Source: Chromera velia (lineage: Eukaryota). Taken from it: DNA of 58,310 bases. Below are positions 1 to 12,886 of this stretch, piece by piece. The stretch is taken from positions 1 to 58,310 of the forward strand of contig JAHBMJ010000062.1 in NCBI GenBank assembly GCA_018398765.1. Direction: 5' to 3'. How positions within the stretch are numbered: position 1 is the first letter of the stretch; each line of letters starts with the position of its first letter. The notes under the pieces are model-generated. The model was not told the DNA's origin and did not search any database. It saw only the letters and a program-made list of their open reading frames with translations. The translations under genes were made by a program, and so were the position numbers.

Positions 1-3000
1 CGTCCCTCCCTTCCTCCCTCCCGCCCGGTGGCTACCCGAGAAGACCCCCCACGGCCCCACAGTTCCCTTTCCTGACAGACAGTGTCACGTGCCGAGGACG
101 ACTAAAAGGAGAAGAGACAGAGGCTGAATGCTCCGTCTTCTTCGGTCAGTCTCTTGCTCTTGGAAGCTCTCGCGATCTTCGTTTCGTTTGCTTGCTCCTT
201 GAAAGTATTGTCTCCATTCATTTGTTTCCAATTGGACCAATGGCATGTTTTAATTCACTTTCAAATGTTCTTGTCAGCATGTCGGCAAAGGGTTAATTGG
301 CATGAAAACTCTCCACCCCGACCCAGCGGTGCGACTTGCATGTGTGAAACTGTCATCTGGATGGAATTCGAGATAGTGACAAAGAGATACAAAGAGCATG
401 CAATTCAATCTAGTTCACATTTTACATGCATCGTTGTCGATTCGTATCTTTCGTGTTGTGTCTCCCTTCAAACTGCTGCAGAAGCCGAAGGCAAAAGTGA
501 AGCCGAAAGTCATGGAGAACCGGCAGCCTTCCTGGGATTCCGCCAAGCAGAAAAGAGGTCGCTGCGAGCACGATGCTTTCGTACAATTCTCTTCCAGCCA
601 CTTTTCTCTTGTTGCTCTTACCTCTTCAATCTGTCTCTCCCTACTGTTCGACCACCTCTCTCTCTGACTGCGTATGAGTGTATGTGTGAGAGTGGCACAG
701 CAGAGTGTGGCCCTCCGGATGTGGAGCAGTCGCAACGAGGCCGGACAGGGGCGGTCAGTTCTGGTTTTGTCTGTTACACCCCTTCCTTTTGGGTCTGCAA
801 AAGAGAGAGACTTCAGGATAAGTGATTCCCTCTGATCTTCGGATCCGCTTATGCTCACCCAAGTGGGCATAGGTGAGGAACATCATTATGTCATCATGTG
901 ATGGGTCGCTCCTGACTCTCGCAGATGCATGCGCTTTTTCTTGTTTTTCTTTTGACGCGGCACGCATCGAAGGGCTGATCGACCGGCGAATCCTACCAGT
1001 TCGGCCTGCTGGAGGATGCCGGTCGGGTCTTCTGCGCTCCTTTCATGAATATACATGCAGTCAGGAAACGTACCTTAGAGGGATGTACTAGAGAGACATG
1101 CAGCAGAGAGACAGATTGAAACCTCGGCCGCGGATGTTCCCCCTCAGTGTGGGGTTTTGCACTCGGCAAAACCGTTTTTTCTCTTCCCACACCTGTAGAG
1201 CTGTCCCCGTAGATCCTCTCCTTCGAGGAGTGAGGCCCGCGTATCGACTCAGGCAGCGGAATAGACAGAGTGCATGACAGATAGGCTGGAGCAGCAGATG
1301 AATAGACTGGAGGGTTTGCGCCCTCGCCCGTTTCTTTCGTTTTCTTTCCGATAGTCTGCGTGTATGACGCATCTCGATCGTGAATGTGACTGTTTGAATG
1401 GTATCAACCAGCTGTTGACTCATCGTGCGTCTTCCCTCCTTCTGCTTTGTGCTGCTTTGTTTGTGTCTTTCCGTCTTCTGGTGACGCTGGGTCTGGGTGC
1501 GCAAACTTGAGGGACCTGTTGCACAAGAAAGGGAACTTAGTCGCAAGCTTATGATGTTTCAACACATTGAAGGTACGTTCCCCCGTCTTTGTTTCTCTTT
1601 TGCGGAAATGACTTTCTGTTGATTGAAAGATTGAGAGAGGTATATTTCGAGAATTCATAGAGGAGATCCGTAGGTGTGAAGTCTGAATGAACGTCAAGTC
1701 GGTTTGCTTGTCTCTAGAGAGGTGCAACTTCATTCTTGTCACAAATTTCGTCAGTCGCTCTCAGACTGGCGTCTTCGGATGACTTCCCTGGCCCCTGTGT
1801 GCTCCATTCTGCCCTCCCTCCCTCCCTTCCTCCCTTCTTCTCTCTGCGTTCGAGGGGGCGACGCCTTCTTATCCATTGGACCGATGGAGACTGTCTGGAC
1901 CTGGACAAAAGGGGGGGGAGGGGCCGGGGGGACACTCTGCTCTGTACCTCGATCGTGTGTTCGCGTTCTGTCGTCTCTCTCCTGCTCTTCTCTTTCTGAA
2001 GCTTTTCCCATCGAAAGTTCACTCGAAACATGTGCTGGATAGCGACTGCGCTGTTTGTGCGCGCGCAGGTGGTGCAAAGAAGTAGGGCAATGGTCAGGAG
2101 GGTCGATTTGCTGAAGGCGTTTGAGGTCAGTTGCAGCACAACAACTGATTTGTCCACTGTCTTGGACGCCCAGAAAGAAGTTTGTACACTGAAAGCTTTT
2201 CAGCCAGTAGGCTGGACAGTTAACCTCCCTCCCTCTTTGTCAGGTTTTTTTTTCGTTCCTTCGCTCCTTCATTCTTTCCATTGTTCCTTTCGTGCTCTCT
2301 CTCTCTCTCTTTCTCTCTCTCTGACTGAGACTCTCTCCCTTCTTCGCGCATGTCTGTATGGCTGCATGACGCGTGGGTGTGTGCTACTTGCGTGTGTGCG
2401 TCAAATGGCTGAATAATGACTTGTTTGGTGCAGGAACTTGGAGGGAGATCGTGAAAAAAAAAGTGGCTCCAGAAATGGATGACGTGAAAGTTGGGGGGGG
2501 GATGCAACAGAGGGACAAAAGGAAAGATGTCCACAGAAGCACGAAGGGAGAGGAAATTCAAGCGGCATCGATGAAAGAAAACCATGCATGCATGGCGAAG
2601 TGTTTGAAAGACGCCACTGATTACATCAGCAGAAAGAGCCGTGATCGAAACAACTGGAGTATCGGACGTCTTTTTTCAACCTGTTTGTACATTGAGTATG
2701 TCAAGTAAGAAATTTAAAAGGGAGATGCATGAATGGGAAAGGGCGAATGTAAGGGGAAGGGATGGGGAGAAGGAAGTACCCACCCAGAACAAGGGACGAG
2801 GGAGCGAGGAGACAATGGCTGGAGAAACGAGTGTCATGTCACAATAAGGTGGAGCGATCGAAAAACAAAAAGGCCCCAGTTCAGAACTGACGGGGCAGTT
2901 TTTCTTTCTGTTCGGAATCCTATGGTTCGCTTCTCTTTCTCCTTCTTTTGTTGACTAATCTGCATTTCCTACCTCTGCCCCCTCACTTTAATTCTGTCCG

Positions 3001-3637
3001 AATGTTCCTCTCTCTCTTTGTGGCCTTCCACGCAGCTTCTTTTCTTTTTTTTGCATATTCATGAAATGTCTTTTTTTGGCCTTCCTTCACCCCTTGCTCC
3101 TTCTTCGAGATAGGGACGGAGGGAAGGGGTAGATGAGGCGATGCCTACATGAAAAACAACACATGTACGGGACAAATGGGGGCAAAGCAAAGAAGCGCGC
3201 ATGAGAAGGAGTCCGGGCAAAGAGAGAGGAAGTTCGCTAGAACGGTCGTGTGAGCTGCCGTCAAACGTCCCTCTTTGTGTGCGCGTCCGTTGCGTGTCTG
3301 TATGCGTGTATGTGTGCGTGTGGGTTTTCAACCAGGGCAATCTTTTTCTGTTCCATGATTTGGATTTCATGCCTGTGTGTCGGCCTTCATTTGACCGACA
3401 GGTTGGAAAGAAAAGATAAAGAGAAATCTTCTCATCCAATCTGGAAGAGGCTTCAGCTCTCTATGCGCATCCATACTCTCCCCCTCTTTTTTCTCTTTTG
3501 TATCACCAATGTGTCTTCGACAGAGAGAAGGAACAGAAAAGCAGAATTGCTTCTTGTCGGGACGCAGATGGCTGGAAGAAGCAAAGAATCCCATAAAGCT
3601 GATAGAGGGTTTGTAGCACTGCGCTCGCTGAAAGGAA

Positions 3638-4029
<392 letters not shown>

Positions 4030-4559
4030 GCCTCACTGTCTGGAGGAGTTTCAAAGGAGAACTCAGGGAATGAAACGTTGCAGACAAAAAGAAATCTTCA
4101 CTGAGAGCAATTTTTGGGAGACACAGAGACCGAAAGCCACAGGCAGACAGGCAGGCAGAGTTGAGCGCGCGAGCTGGAGGGACTGAAGAAAGTCATCTTT
4201 CTACCGCTGGCAAATGTGTCACAGGTGTTTTCTCTGTCCTGTTGCAGCTGTCCATGGGAAGAGTGCCGAGCTTTCACACAAAGACTTTTTTTCTTTTGAA
4301 ACAGGTGAAGAATTGAAACGGCGACTGAGTGAGTAGGTGAGTGGGTGCGTGTATGAGTGAGTCAATTGCGCCTTTTGTTTGCCTTTTCCGAAGATGGTCT
4401 TCTATCCTTCGCCTTCTTTCTTAATGTCCCTCTTCAGTCTTTCATTCCTTCCTTTCTCACTTCTGGCCCTTCCCATCCTCACGAAAGGATGCATGGGTAC
4501 ATAAGTCTTCGCTGTAATGACCTTGTAAAGCAAGCAGCTAAGGGTCCGAACGCAGCTCT

Positions 4560-5510
4560 TATTCTAGACCTAGTTCTAGACGCAACTCGGGTTCTCTAAG
4601 CATTCATCCATACACCGATATTAAATGTGACCGCACTGACTGATTCGATGTCTTTTTGCCTGCATTGGAATCCATACGTTAATAAAAGTAATTTGGCTTA
4701 GTAATTTAGAGTAAATTAAAGTAATGTAGAATAGTAAACTAAAATAATTTAGAAAGCTAAATTGTAGATTTTGGTCAAACTTGAAACTTTCGAGGTCGAT
4801 TTGAATTTTGAACGACGATAATCGGACGATTTCTCTTAAATTATATCTGTTAGCATAGCATAGCAACGGTTATTAACGATATTAAATCAGTGAGACGTTT
4901 AAAGTAACATTTAGAGTATAACATAGAGTAACATACAATTTTTATAGAATAGTATTTTTATAAGTTTATACAAATTAATTTTTAGAAGAATCCCTTTTGC
5001 TAGCCCTTTTGACCAGCCCATAGACCACTAGCTGCATCATTAGCCTGCATGCAAAGCGCAGACACATTGTTATTTGTTTGCAGCCTGGGAAACTAGGCGG
5101 GTCTTAGGGTGGGCCACAGGCTAGGTAACGGAATGTGCATGGTCTGTATAATGGTCGGAGCTAGAATCGGAGCCTCAGGGATGAGGTACACCCCTCCGCA
5201 CGCCTCTGCTGTCCAACAGTTGAAGTTCGCATTTAAGTTTGCAAAGGCGACTTCTATATAAAACAAAATGAGGAGAGTGCTCTAAAGCATTACTAAATCA
5301 CTTATCATGTAATTATCACTTCGTTTAATTAAACACTTTTAATATTCTTTACTAGATTCTTTGTTGTTTATGAAACATCGACCTCCAATTAAATCAGAAA
5401 AGGGGGGGAGGGAGGGATTATAAACAGATTTCGTAACGGATTTGCAATAAATCTTTTGTGCGCATGCAACCCCTATAGTTTAACTTAATCAAAAATATTT
5501 AATGTCATTT
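4560..5510. other. AT-rich, TpA/TAG-rich degenerate repeat region flanking the LTR element
   Basis: Abrupt drop in GC with many TA/CTAG/TTAA words and no credible ORF; directly abuts the left LTR. Confidence 0.5.
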
Positions 5511-6083
5511 CGAGATGTTTGCTAGATTATAAGAACAAATATCTAGCTACACACGAAGACAAAAATAAAGACTCACGAAGAAATCGATCCGTAAGTCCTT
5601 ATTCCAGAGAAAGTCATTATAGAATGGCAAGCAAAGAGCCACTCTAAGAGGAGAAACGTTCAATTCTAGCAATGAAACAATAAGAAATTTTGTGAATCAA
5701 AATAGATGCGAGAGGAGACGTTTGATGGAGTCCCTATGTGCGGGAACTCCGGAAAGCCCCAAACGAGAAATGAAAGAGTTCTAAGGATGACAATCACTTA
5801 CGTAAACAATCAGGACTCAGCGTGCATCACTCAACATGCAATCACTGACAGGAAAGACAAGCCGGGATCAGTCAAAGAGAGAAACGTATGGAAAGATGAA
5901 TATCATGCGTGAGGCGAGCCGACCAGTAGTGGCGCACGCAGCATTTAAGGATCCGGATGGGGACTTACGCGCCGCTTTAAAAATCAATTCGCTCAGTATG
6001 TGCCCCTTACTAAACGGAAAGAGATAAAAGGAGTGCGCATCAACAAGCAAAGAACAGGAGCAGCATGCTTCTGAAACATTACG
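5511..6083 (-). repeat. 3' LTR (left copy; may extend to about 6202, next to the PPT)
   Basis: Aligns with 12301-12886 from CGAGATGTTTGCTAGA to AACATTACG. Confidence 0.9.
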
Positions 6084-6203
6084 TAGCTTCTTCTTTCTAC
6101 AGCGATAGCTGACAAAACCGGGAAACGAGACAGAAGAAACGAAACGTGACAAAAGAGATAAAAGAAACCATAGGAAATAAACAAAACGCTCTCATGTGGT
6201 CAG

Positions 6204-6234
6204 CTCCTCCCCATCTCCCCTTCTTTCCTTCTCC
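6204..6234 (-). promoter_or_regulatory. Polypurine tract (PPT) of the LTR element
   Basis: Minus strand reads GGAGAAGGAAAGAAGGGGAGATGGGGAGGAG between RNase H and the 3' LTR. Confidence 0.7.
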
Positions 6235-6329
6235 ATCGTCGGGTGGTCATGCAGAGCAAGAGGAGGAAAAGAAGACACAATCTCGCTCCCAAATACCAGA
6301 GAAAGAGAGGGAAAAGGACTCATGAGACG

Positions 6330-6800
6330 AGTCAGAGCACCAAGGTCGAGCGCCTTCGTGAGGAGGTCAGAGATGTTGGATTCGGTGGGGATCTTGAAGA
6401 TACCAATCCTGTGTTGCTCAACCAAGTCAGTGGCAGCCTGGAGGGGAACGATACAAGCCTTGTCCTGTATTTCCCAGATAATGGGGAGGAAGGCATGCTC
6501 GGCAGAAGAAGAGGCGCCAGATAACAGCAGAGACAAAACGTTCGCTGCATCGCAGCCAATTCCGACACGGATGTTAGAGTAGAAGGGGGCGGTGCAGTTC
6601 GCAAAATGCAGCGCTGCGTCGATACTTTCCTCCAGGGCGAGCACCTCTGCTTTTGTAGTTGATCTTGCTACGCGGGACTGCCTCCTGCTTTTCCAAATGA
6701 GAGGTGAGTTGTTAATAAAAACAACTCAGCCCGTCTGAGGGTATGGGGAGGCGGCGTTGCCAAACGATGAGTCCCCGTGCTCGATGGCAGTCAGCTTGGT
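6330..6800 (-). pseudogene. Copia-type RNase H
   Basis: GDSSFGN...QTG*VVFINNSPLIWKSRRQSRVARSTTKAEVLAL...SNISDLLTKAL matches the Copia DADW / WxSKKQ..VA.ST.EAE / ADILTK pattern. Confidence 0.9.
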
Positions 6801-7900
6801 TGGGTCGGAGGAAGGACAGACGTGGATCCCAAGAGATGGGTGCGAACGGAGGTAGCACACCGTTTGGAGGAGAAGACGAAGAGCCCTCTCGGTCGGAGAA
6901 GCCAGAAAACGTAACAGGTAGGAGTGCGCAAGAGCGACATCTGGCCGTGTGTAGCTCGTCACGTAGCCTACCTGCCTGAGCAGGGTTCGGAAGACCTTCA
7001 CACCTGCGGCAGACAGCAGAGGAGAGGTGTCGTCCTCATGCATAGACCCGACAGGGAGAGGCTTGTCTGCATGTTGGTCAGAGCCGGCCATATCAGGAGG
7101 GAGGACAAGGAAGGCGATGTAGTCATGTTGGTGGCAGAACATGCCAGTGCTGGAGACGTCGAACTGTACACCAACAAAACGACCCTCCGAGAGATCGGTG
7201 TAATCGCCGCACGTCACGATGTCCTTAAAGGGGTCGATGGTAGCTGCCGCATCCTCCCCGATGCCCAGAGTGAGCAAGTCGTCACAGTAGGTAGCCAGAA
7301 GAGCATGAAGCTCACCATTGGCATGACACAACACCCACACGCCCAGAAAGAGCGTTGGCTCCCATCCAAGGAAGCGGAGGACGGAGGTAAGAAAATCCTC
7401 GAAGACCTTGCCTGCGTCGGGCAAGCCGTAGACGGCCTTGCGGAGGACCCAGAGAAACTACCCATGGTTTGGGTGGTCGGAAGGGGGGATGGAAGCGAGG
7501 GGGGGCGATCAGGAGGTAACGGGGCTTGTAGGTACACCTGCACAACATCGGCCTTCTGAAGGGAAAGGTCGACGTCTCGATGCTTGCAAGCGTTCAACGC
7601 AATCTACGGGACAATACGCACAGCTTCAGGGGGGCAGAGTCAGGTGGCGACGCTCAAACCCTCCCGAGGGACCTGCTTGCCGTTGATGATGGTGCACGTC
7701 TTAAACTTGCACGTGCCGTCGTCCTGAAGCTTCTCGGTGTGCACACGGAGGAGAGGGACGCAAGGAACGTTCCTCGGGACCTCAGAGATCGGAGTCCTGA
7801 TGTAGACCTCCCGATCGATCCATCCCTGATCCTCCTTCTGATCTGCGAAACAGACAAGCTGACGGGAAGCAGGATACAAATGTTTCAAACTCACTGGTCC
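6801..7900 (-). pseudogene. Copia-type reverse transcriptase (RVT_2-like)
   Basis: DDGTCKFKTCTIING (KARLVA equivalent), ADVVQVYLQAPL, KAVYGLPDAG, LATYCDDLL (YxDD at about 7278-7289) and TRPDVA; contains an internal stop and a frameshift. Confidence 0.92.
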
Positions 7901-8809
7901 ATGCGTGGTTGCAGCACGCACCGACAGATCAATAGAAGCAAGAAAAGTGACAGCAGATGCGACAGAAGGGTTAAACAAATGAGCACCTGGATACTCATAG
8001 AAATGACACCCATCCGAGCCAGAGGTAAAATGAGAGCAGAGAGAAGGGGAAAGACAAGACTCGCGATTGCCCCGCGAACGCTCCATCTCGAAGCCTGCTG
8101 CCGCGATCTGACCGTGCGACAGTTCAACAATCTCTGCCACACGCTTGGAAGCGCGCTTATCGTACGAGACATACCCTCCTCCTGAGGAATAGTAGCCCGG
8201 TGCCCACTGCCTGCAGGATAGAACATATCGCTGGTGGGAACCCCACGCATAGACCTCATACCGGACATCACCCTCTGCTGCTCTATCACTCGGCAGGACA
8301 CCAAGGATTTCTCCTACCCACAGAAGTGAATGCTTGGGGGAACGACCAATCACCATCGTGCTTGGCTGCAGCGGGGCAGGCGTGACGGGGAAAGGAGAGG
8401 TGAGAGGGGGAGTTGCCGGCGGGACAGACTTGGGGATTGGTTGTTGACTGGGCTGCGAGGACAGAGGCGGGTCCATTACATGGACAGCAGGCAAGTCAGC
8501 AGGAGGCAAAGGGGCAGGGATCGGAAGCATAGGAACCATCACGGTGTTGGAGGGGGACTCAGTCATTGGGTTGGGACCAAAGAGGGGGATAAAGGCTACT
8601 GCCTCCTGTTCCTGAAGCAGAGTCAGAGCAGCATCAACGGAGGAAGGAAGCGAGGCGGAATCTCTCCACCCTGCATGTTCGGCCAGAGTAGCACCTTGGG
8701 GATTGGGTTGTGTGCGCATGGTGCCAAATGGGATAAGGCGGACGGCTGGACAGAGCTAGTGAGGCGATGCGGTGGTCCGTTGGGGGTGGAGGGACTCATT
8801 GGTGGCTAC

Positions 8810-9710
8810 AATTTTATAGAAGTGTTCGTTCTCAACGGAGACAACGCGATAGGGGGCCCAAACGGGGCCACACTTATGACCTTAACCTGATTGACCCCCC
8901 CCTCCAGAGGCGCCCCGGTTGTACATAACAATGTCCTTCATACAATAAGTCCGCAAAGCAGATGGGCGGGAAGGGCGGGCAGAGGGGAAAGAACGGTGAA
9001 CACAAGACAGTGAACCAGGGAGGGCAGCGGCTGTGTGACGAGAACCCCCCCGCTGCACTGACATTCGGTTGTTCAAACGTCGAATCGCCTCATCGTGGAT
9101 CTCAGGCCATGAGTTGTCGGGGAGCTGACGCTCAAGGAGGAGAGAGCGGACGGAGGCAAGCACCTCTTTCTGCCATCGTTCAGATAAAGAATTGCCGTCC
9201 TTGTAGCCGGAGGGCGCGAATGAGAGACGGAAGCCCCGACGCTTGGAGAGCTCAATGAGGGGGGCGTTTGCAAACTGAGACCCTTGGTCGCATCGGATCT
9301 CCTCTGGGACTCCAAAACGAGGGAACCATACGTTTTCAAGGAAAACGACAGTCTCGTGGCTGTTGAAGTGAGCAGCAAAGCGAGGGGCAAGGCCATAAGG
9401 GAGGAAATCCTCCAGCACCGTGAGTTAATGAGTTGGACCGCAGTTAGATGCCCCCAAATACAGGCTGTCAAGGTGCAGCCTCGCCCCCACGTATGCCTCC
9501 TTGGTGAAGGAGACACCGGAGATGGAAAAACCAACCGGACCCTTCACCTGCGGACACTCAGGGTAAGAAGAGAGAACACGAGCGACATACGCTCGAATGG
9601 TAGTGAGCGGGAGTTTGAAAGAGAAATGAAAGAGGAGTTGAGCCATAACTTCCTTTACGCCCGCATGCGCACACTCGCAATGAACTCCGCAAACCAAATC
9701 CCACAAATCA
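8810..9710 (-). pseudogene. Integrase with HHCC zinc finger, DDE core and GPY/F-like C-terminal module
   Basis: VHCECAHAG...YPECPQVK; LHLDSL, FGVPEEIRCDQGSQF, NSLSERWQKEV; then KCGPVWAPYRVVSVENEHFYKI at about 8810-8875. Confidence 0.9.
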
Positions 9711-10349
9711 GAAGCAGTAAAAATCTTGACTGTGCCTGTCTGTTTGAGTTGAATCGTAAACGTGAGTTGAGAAAACTCGAACTCAGAGAGAGAAGGTTCA
9801 GATTCATCGACAAAGAGAGATTTAGAGGGGGGAGAATCGCGGTCGTCAAAAAAAGAAACAGAAAGAGAAGGAACATCACCGCCAGTGGTTGCTTTCACAA
9901 AATCTTGTGCTGTAGTAGACGCCCCGCCTGCGAGCCTGCCTAGACGCGCTGGCTCCTTCAATCCCTCAACTCTCTCTCCAGAGGGGACAGACGCCTCCTC
10001 CGGGGATACAGATATGCACACGCCCTCAGGTGTCTCTTCCGAAGACACACAAACATGCACTCCCTCAGGTGCCTCTCCTGTAGACACAGGAACCCCGACA
10101 CCCACAATGCCCTCTGGAGGCAAGTATAGAGCAGGGGTGGTAGTGGGAGAGGTGGTCGTGTACATGGTAAAAGGAAGAGAACGGAAGGGGACAGAGTTAT
10201 CGATCTCGTTCTCCAACTCATTGAAATCATCCTCCAGGGGAGGACGCTCGTCGGACTCATCTGAGCCTACCAACGAAGGTGGGGAATCGTCATCTTGGAC
10301 AAGAAGGAGGCCATAATACTCCCCGAGTCGATCCATATCAAGGTGACAT

Positions 10350-10720
10350 CAGGCCCAGAGGGCGATGGGATCACCATAACATTATCTTTGTAATCCATCT
10401 TCACAGAAAGCCGCTGGGTAAGAGCTTTTGAGAAGAGGAAAGGGATCAAAGACTGACAGTGTGGAAGGATGAGGAAGGTAATGGACTCAAGGCGGTCGCC
10501 AAAGATAACGTTATCGAGCGTGACAGAGTGGGTGGCGTAGACGACGGCCCCGGAAGCCTCAGAAGAGTCGTTGCGACCAGCAGTCCGCACAAGGACTGGG
10601 CTGTTGAGTACCTTCACGGTGTAAGTGATGGAGGCGGAGACCTTTTTGACTCAGAGGTAGAGCTCACCGACGGCCTCGACAGTTGCCCCATCGTCCTTAC
10701 CGAAATGAGGGCCGTGGACT
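10350..10720 (-). pseudogene. Retropepsin-like aspartic protease (degenerate)
   Basis: KDDGATVEAVG (DSGAT-like) and FLFSKALTQRLSVKMDY (ILG.D.L...-like), in frame with gag. Confidence 0.6.
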
Positions 10721-10779
10721 AAATCAGGGGAGGTGACGGCAGCAGAGGCAAAAGAGACGGTCGTGCAGTGAACGTTGGC

Positions 10780-12150
10780 GGCCTTCTTGGAGGCACGGAG
10801 CTTGGAGGAACACATGGCATCAAGGTATCCCTGCTTGCCATAACCGCAAACGTGAGCGATTGCTGGGCAAGTAGAGCGATCAGCATGAGGTGAGGCACCA
10901 CAAGCGATACACTTCACATGCTTCCTCCATGGGTGAGCGACCCCGCAGTAGATGCACTTGGGGTGGTTGGGCTCGGGAGTAGAAGATGACCTAGAGGGAG
11001 GTGCACTCGAGAACCAGATCGTGACAGAGGGAGTCGGCGTTCCGAGCTGTTATTCGTAGCGGCGCAGACAGTCATGAAGGCTCATGGGGGTATAATCCTA
11101 CAGGTGTGCGAGGATATACCGATGAGCGCCTCCTTCAGCGGGAAGTGACTCCAGGAGGATGCTGTACTCGAAGAGGACAAAGGGCTCAGACCCAAACGCC
11201 ATTGCTGGAACGAGTCGACGGAGACGGCTAAAGACTTTTGCTGCTCGGGCAAAGTAGGTGTCGACGGACTCACTGGCAAGAGGACAAAGTGTCTTGACAG
11301 CACGCCAGCGTTTCCGGACACAGGAATCGTATGAACCGAGGTAGAGGCTGTCGAGGGTGTTAAACAGCCACGAAGGGTCGTAGATCTGGTTGGCCTGCAC
11401 AGTATGAGAACGGAGGACCTCTCGGACCCCTGAAGAGACCTTTTGACGGATGATGCCAGATAGGTCTTGGGGACTGAGTGCATGGGGACCGTCCAACGAG
11501 CAAACTTCATCCACCACCTCGTGAAAGCTCTCTTTCCATAGTTCCACATCTTCCTGGGGGGTGCCCAAAAAAATCGCTAACTGGTCAATCACCTTTTTCG
11601 CCAACTCACTCCGGCGGGTCACAACTTGAACAGAGTGACCAGGGAAAGGAACGGGGAAAGGCTGCCAGGGTGGCTGCTGCTGTACAGGTGGCACAGGAGG
11701 AGAGGGAGACGGAACGTTCTGCCAGAGAGGCCAATAATGGTGTACGGACTGCGGTACAGGAGTTGCGTACGGGCCTGCAGAAGGGAAGAAGCCTGAGGCA
11801 GGAGGGACAGGAGTCACCTGTGGAGGAGCAAATCCAGGAAAACCTAGACCAGGAGTTCTGATAGGGTAGTAGGCGGCCTGGTGCCCCATCGGCAGAGCTG
11901 AGTGGGGGTACGGAGGAGCGGGAAGAGGTGCAGGGGGACCATCACCTGAGGACGCCTTAGCCACCGGGTGTGGAAGGTCGGACACCGGAGGCACAGGAGG
12001 AGGTGGATCACCCTGCCCAGCCTAACCAGAGGCACCAGAGACATCAGGTGGAGACACTTTGATGTGCTCCTCGACTCCAAGCGCTGGCGGAGCGTGATCT
12101 GCTGCATCAGAAGGAGACAAAGCAGAAGCGAGCTCAGAGCTAGGTGCGGA
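10780..12150 (-). pseudogene. gag with Pro-rich N-terminus and Cys/His zinc knuckles
   Basis: ORFs 12022-12267, 11098-11994 and 10651-10917 share one frame broken by TAG/TAA; ESVDTYFARA capsid-like motif; CIYCGVAH and CIACGASPHADRSTCPA knuckles. Confidence 0.85.
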
Positions 12151-12300
12151 AAGACCGGACAGAGATCGTTTAATCACTGGAGTTTGCTCTATTGCAGAAG
12201 CTAAGGAGAAGGCAAACGGATAAGAAGAAAGCCGTTCGACCCGGGAAAGAAAAGAACGCTTTCTCAAAGAGTCAGAGGAAGAAAGCGGGAGCCGGCACTA

Positions 12301-12886
12301 CGAGATGTTTGCTAGATAATAAGAACGAATATCTAGCTACACACGAAGACAGAAATAAAGACTCACGAAGAAATCGATTCGTAGGTCCTTATTCCAGAGA
12401 AAGTCGTTATAGAATGGCAAGCAGAGAGCCACTCCGAGAGGAGAAACGTTCAATTCTAGCAATCGATCGAGATGAAACAATGAGAAATTTTGTGAATCAA
12501 AATAGATGCGAGAGGAGACGCTTGACGGAGTTTCTGCGTGCGGGAACCCCGGAAAGCCCCAAACAAGAAGTGAAAGAGTTCTAAGGATGACAATCACTTG
12601 CGTAAACAATCGGGACTCAGCGTGCATCACTCAACGTGCAATCACTGACAGGAGAGACGAGCCGGGATCAGTTAAAGAGAGAAGCGTATAGAAAGATGAA
12701 TATCATGTGTGAGGCGAGCCGACCAGTGGTGGCGCGCGCAGCATTTAAGGATCCGGATGGGGACTTACGCCGCTGCGCTTTAAAAATCAATTCGCTCGGC
12801 ATGCGCCCCTTACCAAACGGAAAGAGACAAAAGAAGTGCGCATCGACAAGCAAAGAACAGGAGCAGCATGCTTCTGGAACATTACG
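12301..12886 (-). repeat. 5' LTR (right copy, outer end apparently truncated)
   Basis: Homologous to 5511-6083 but has no counterpart of 6084-6202. Confidence 0.9.

Larger units (their letters stand above)
5511..12886 (-). mobile_element. Ty1/Copia-order LTR retrotransposon (gag-PR-INT-RT-RH), inactivated by stops and frameshifts
   Basis: Direct repeats 5511-6083 and 12301-12886 flank minus-strand gag, protease, integrase, RVT_2-type RT and Copia RNase H in Copia order (INT before RT). Confidence 0.95.

Noticed and set aside
1..1546. Possible small spliced minus-strand gene (ATG 1423; exon-like pieces near 1192-1240, 965-1040, 850-915)
   Set aside because: Could not assemble a phase-consistent model or recognise any domain.
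6196..12204. Plus-strand ORFs across the LTR element
   Set aside because: Antisense shadows of gag-pol with no recognisable motifs.
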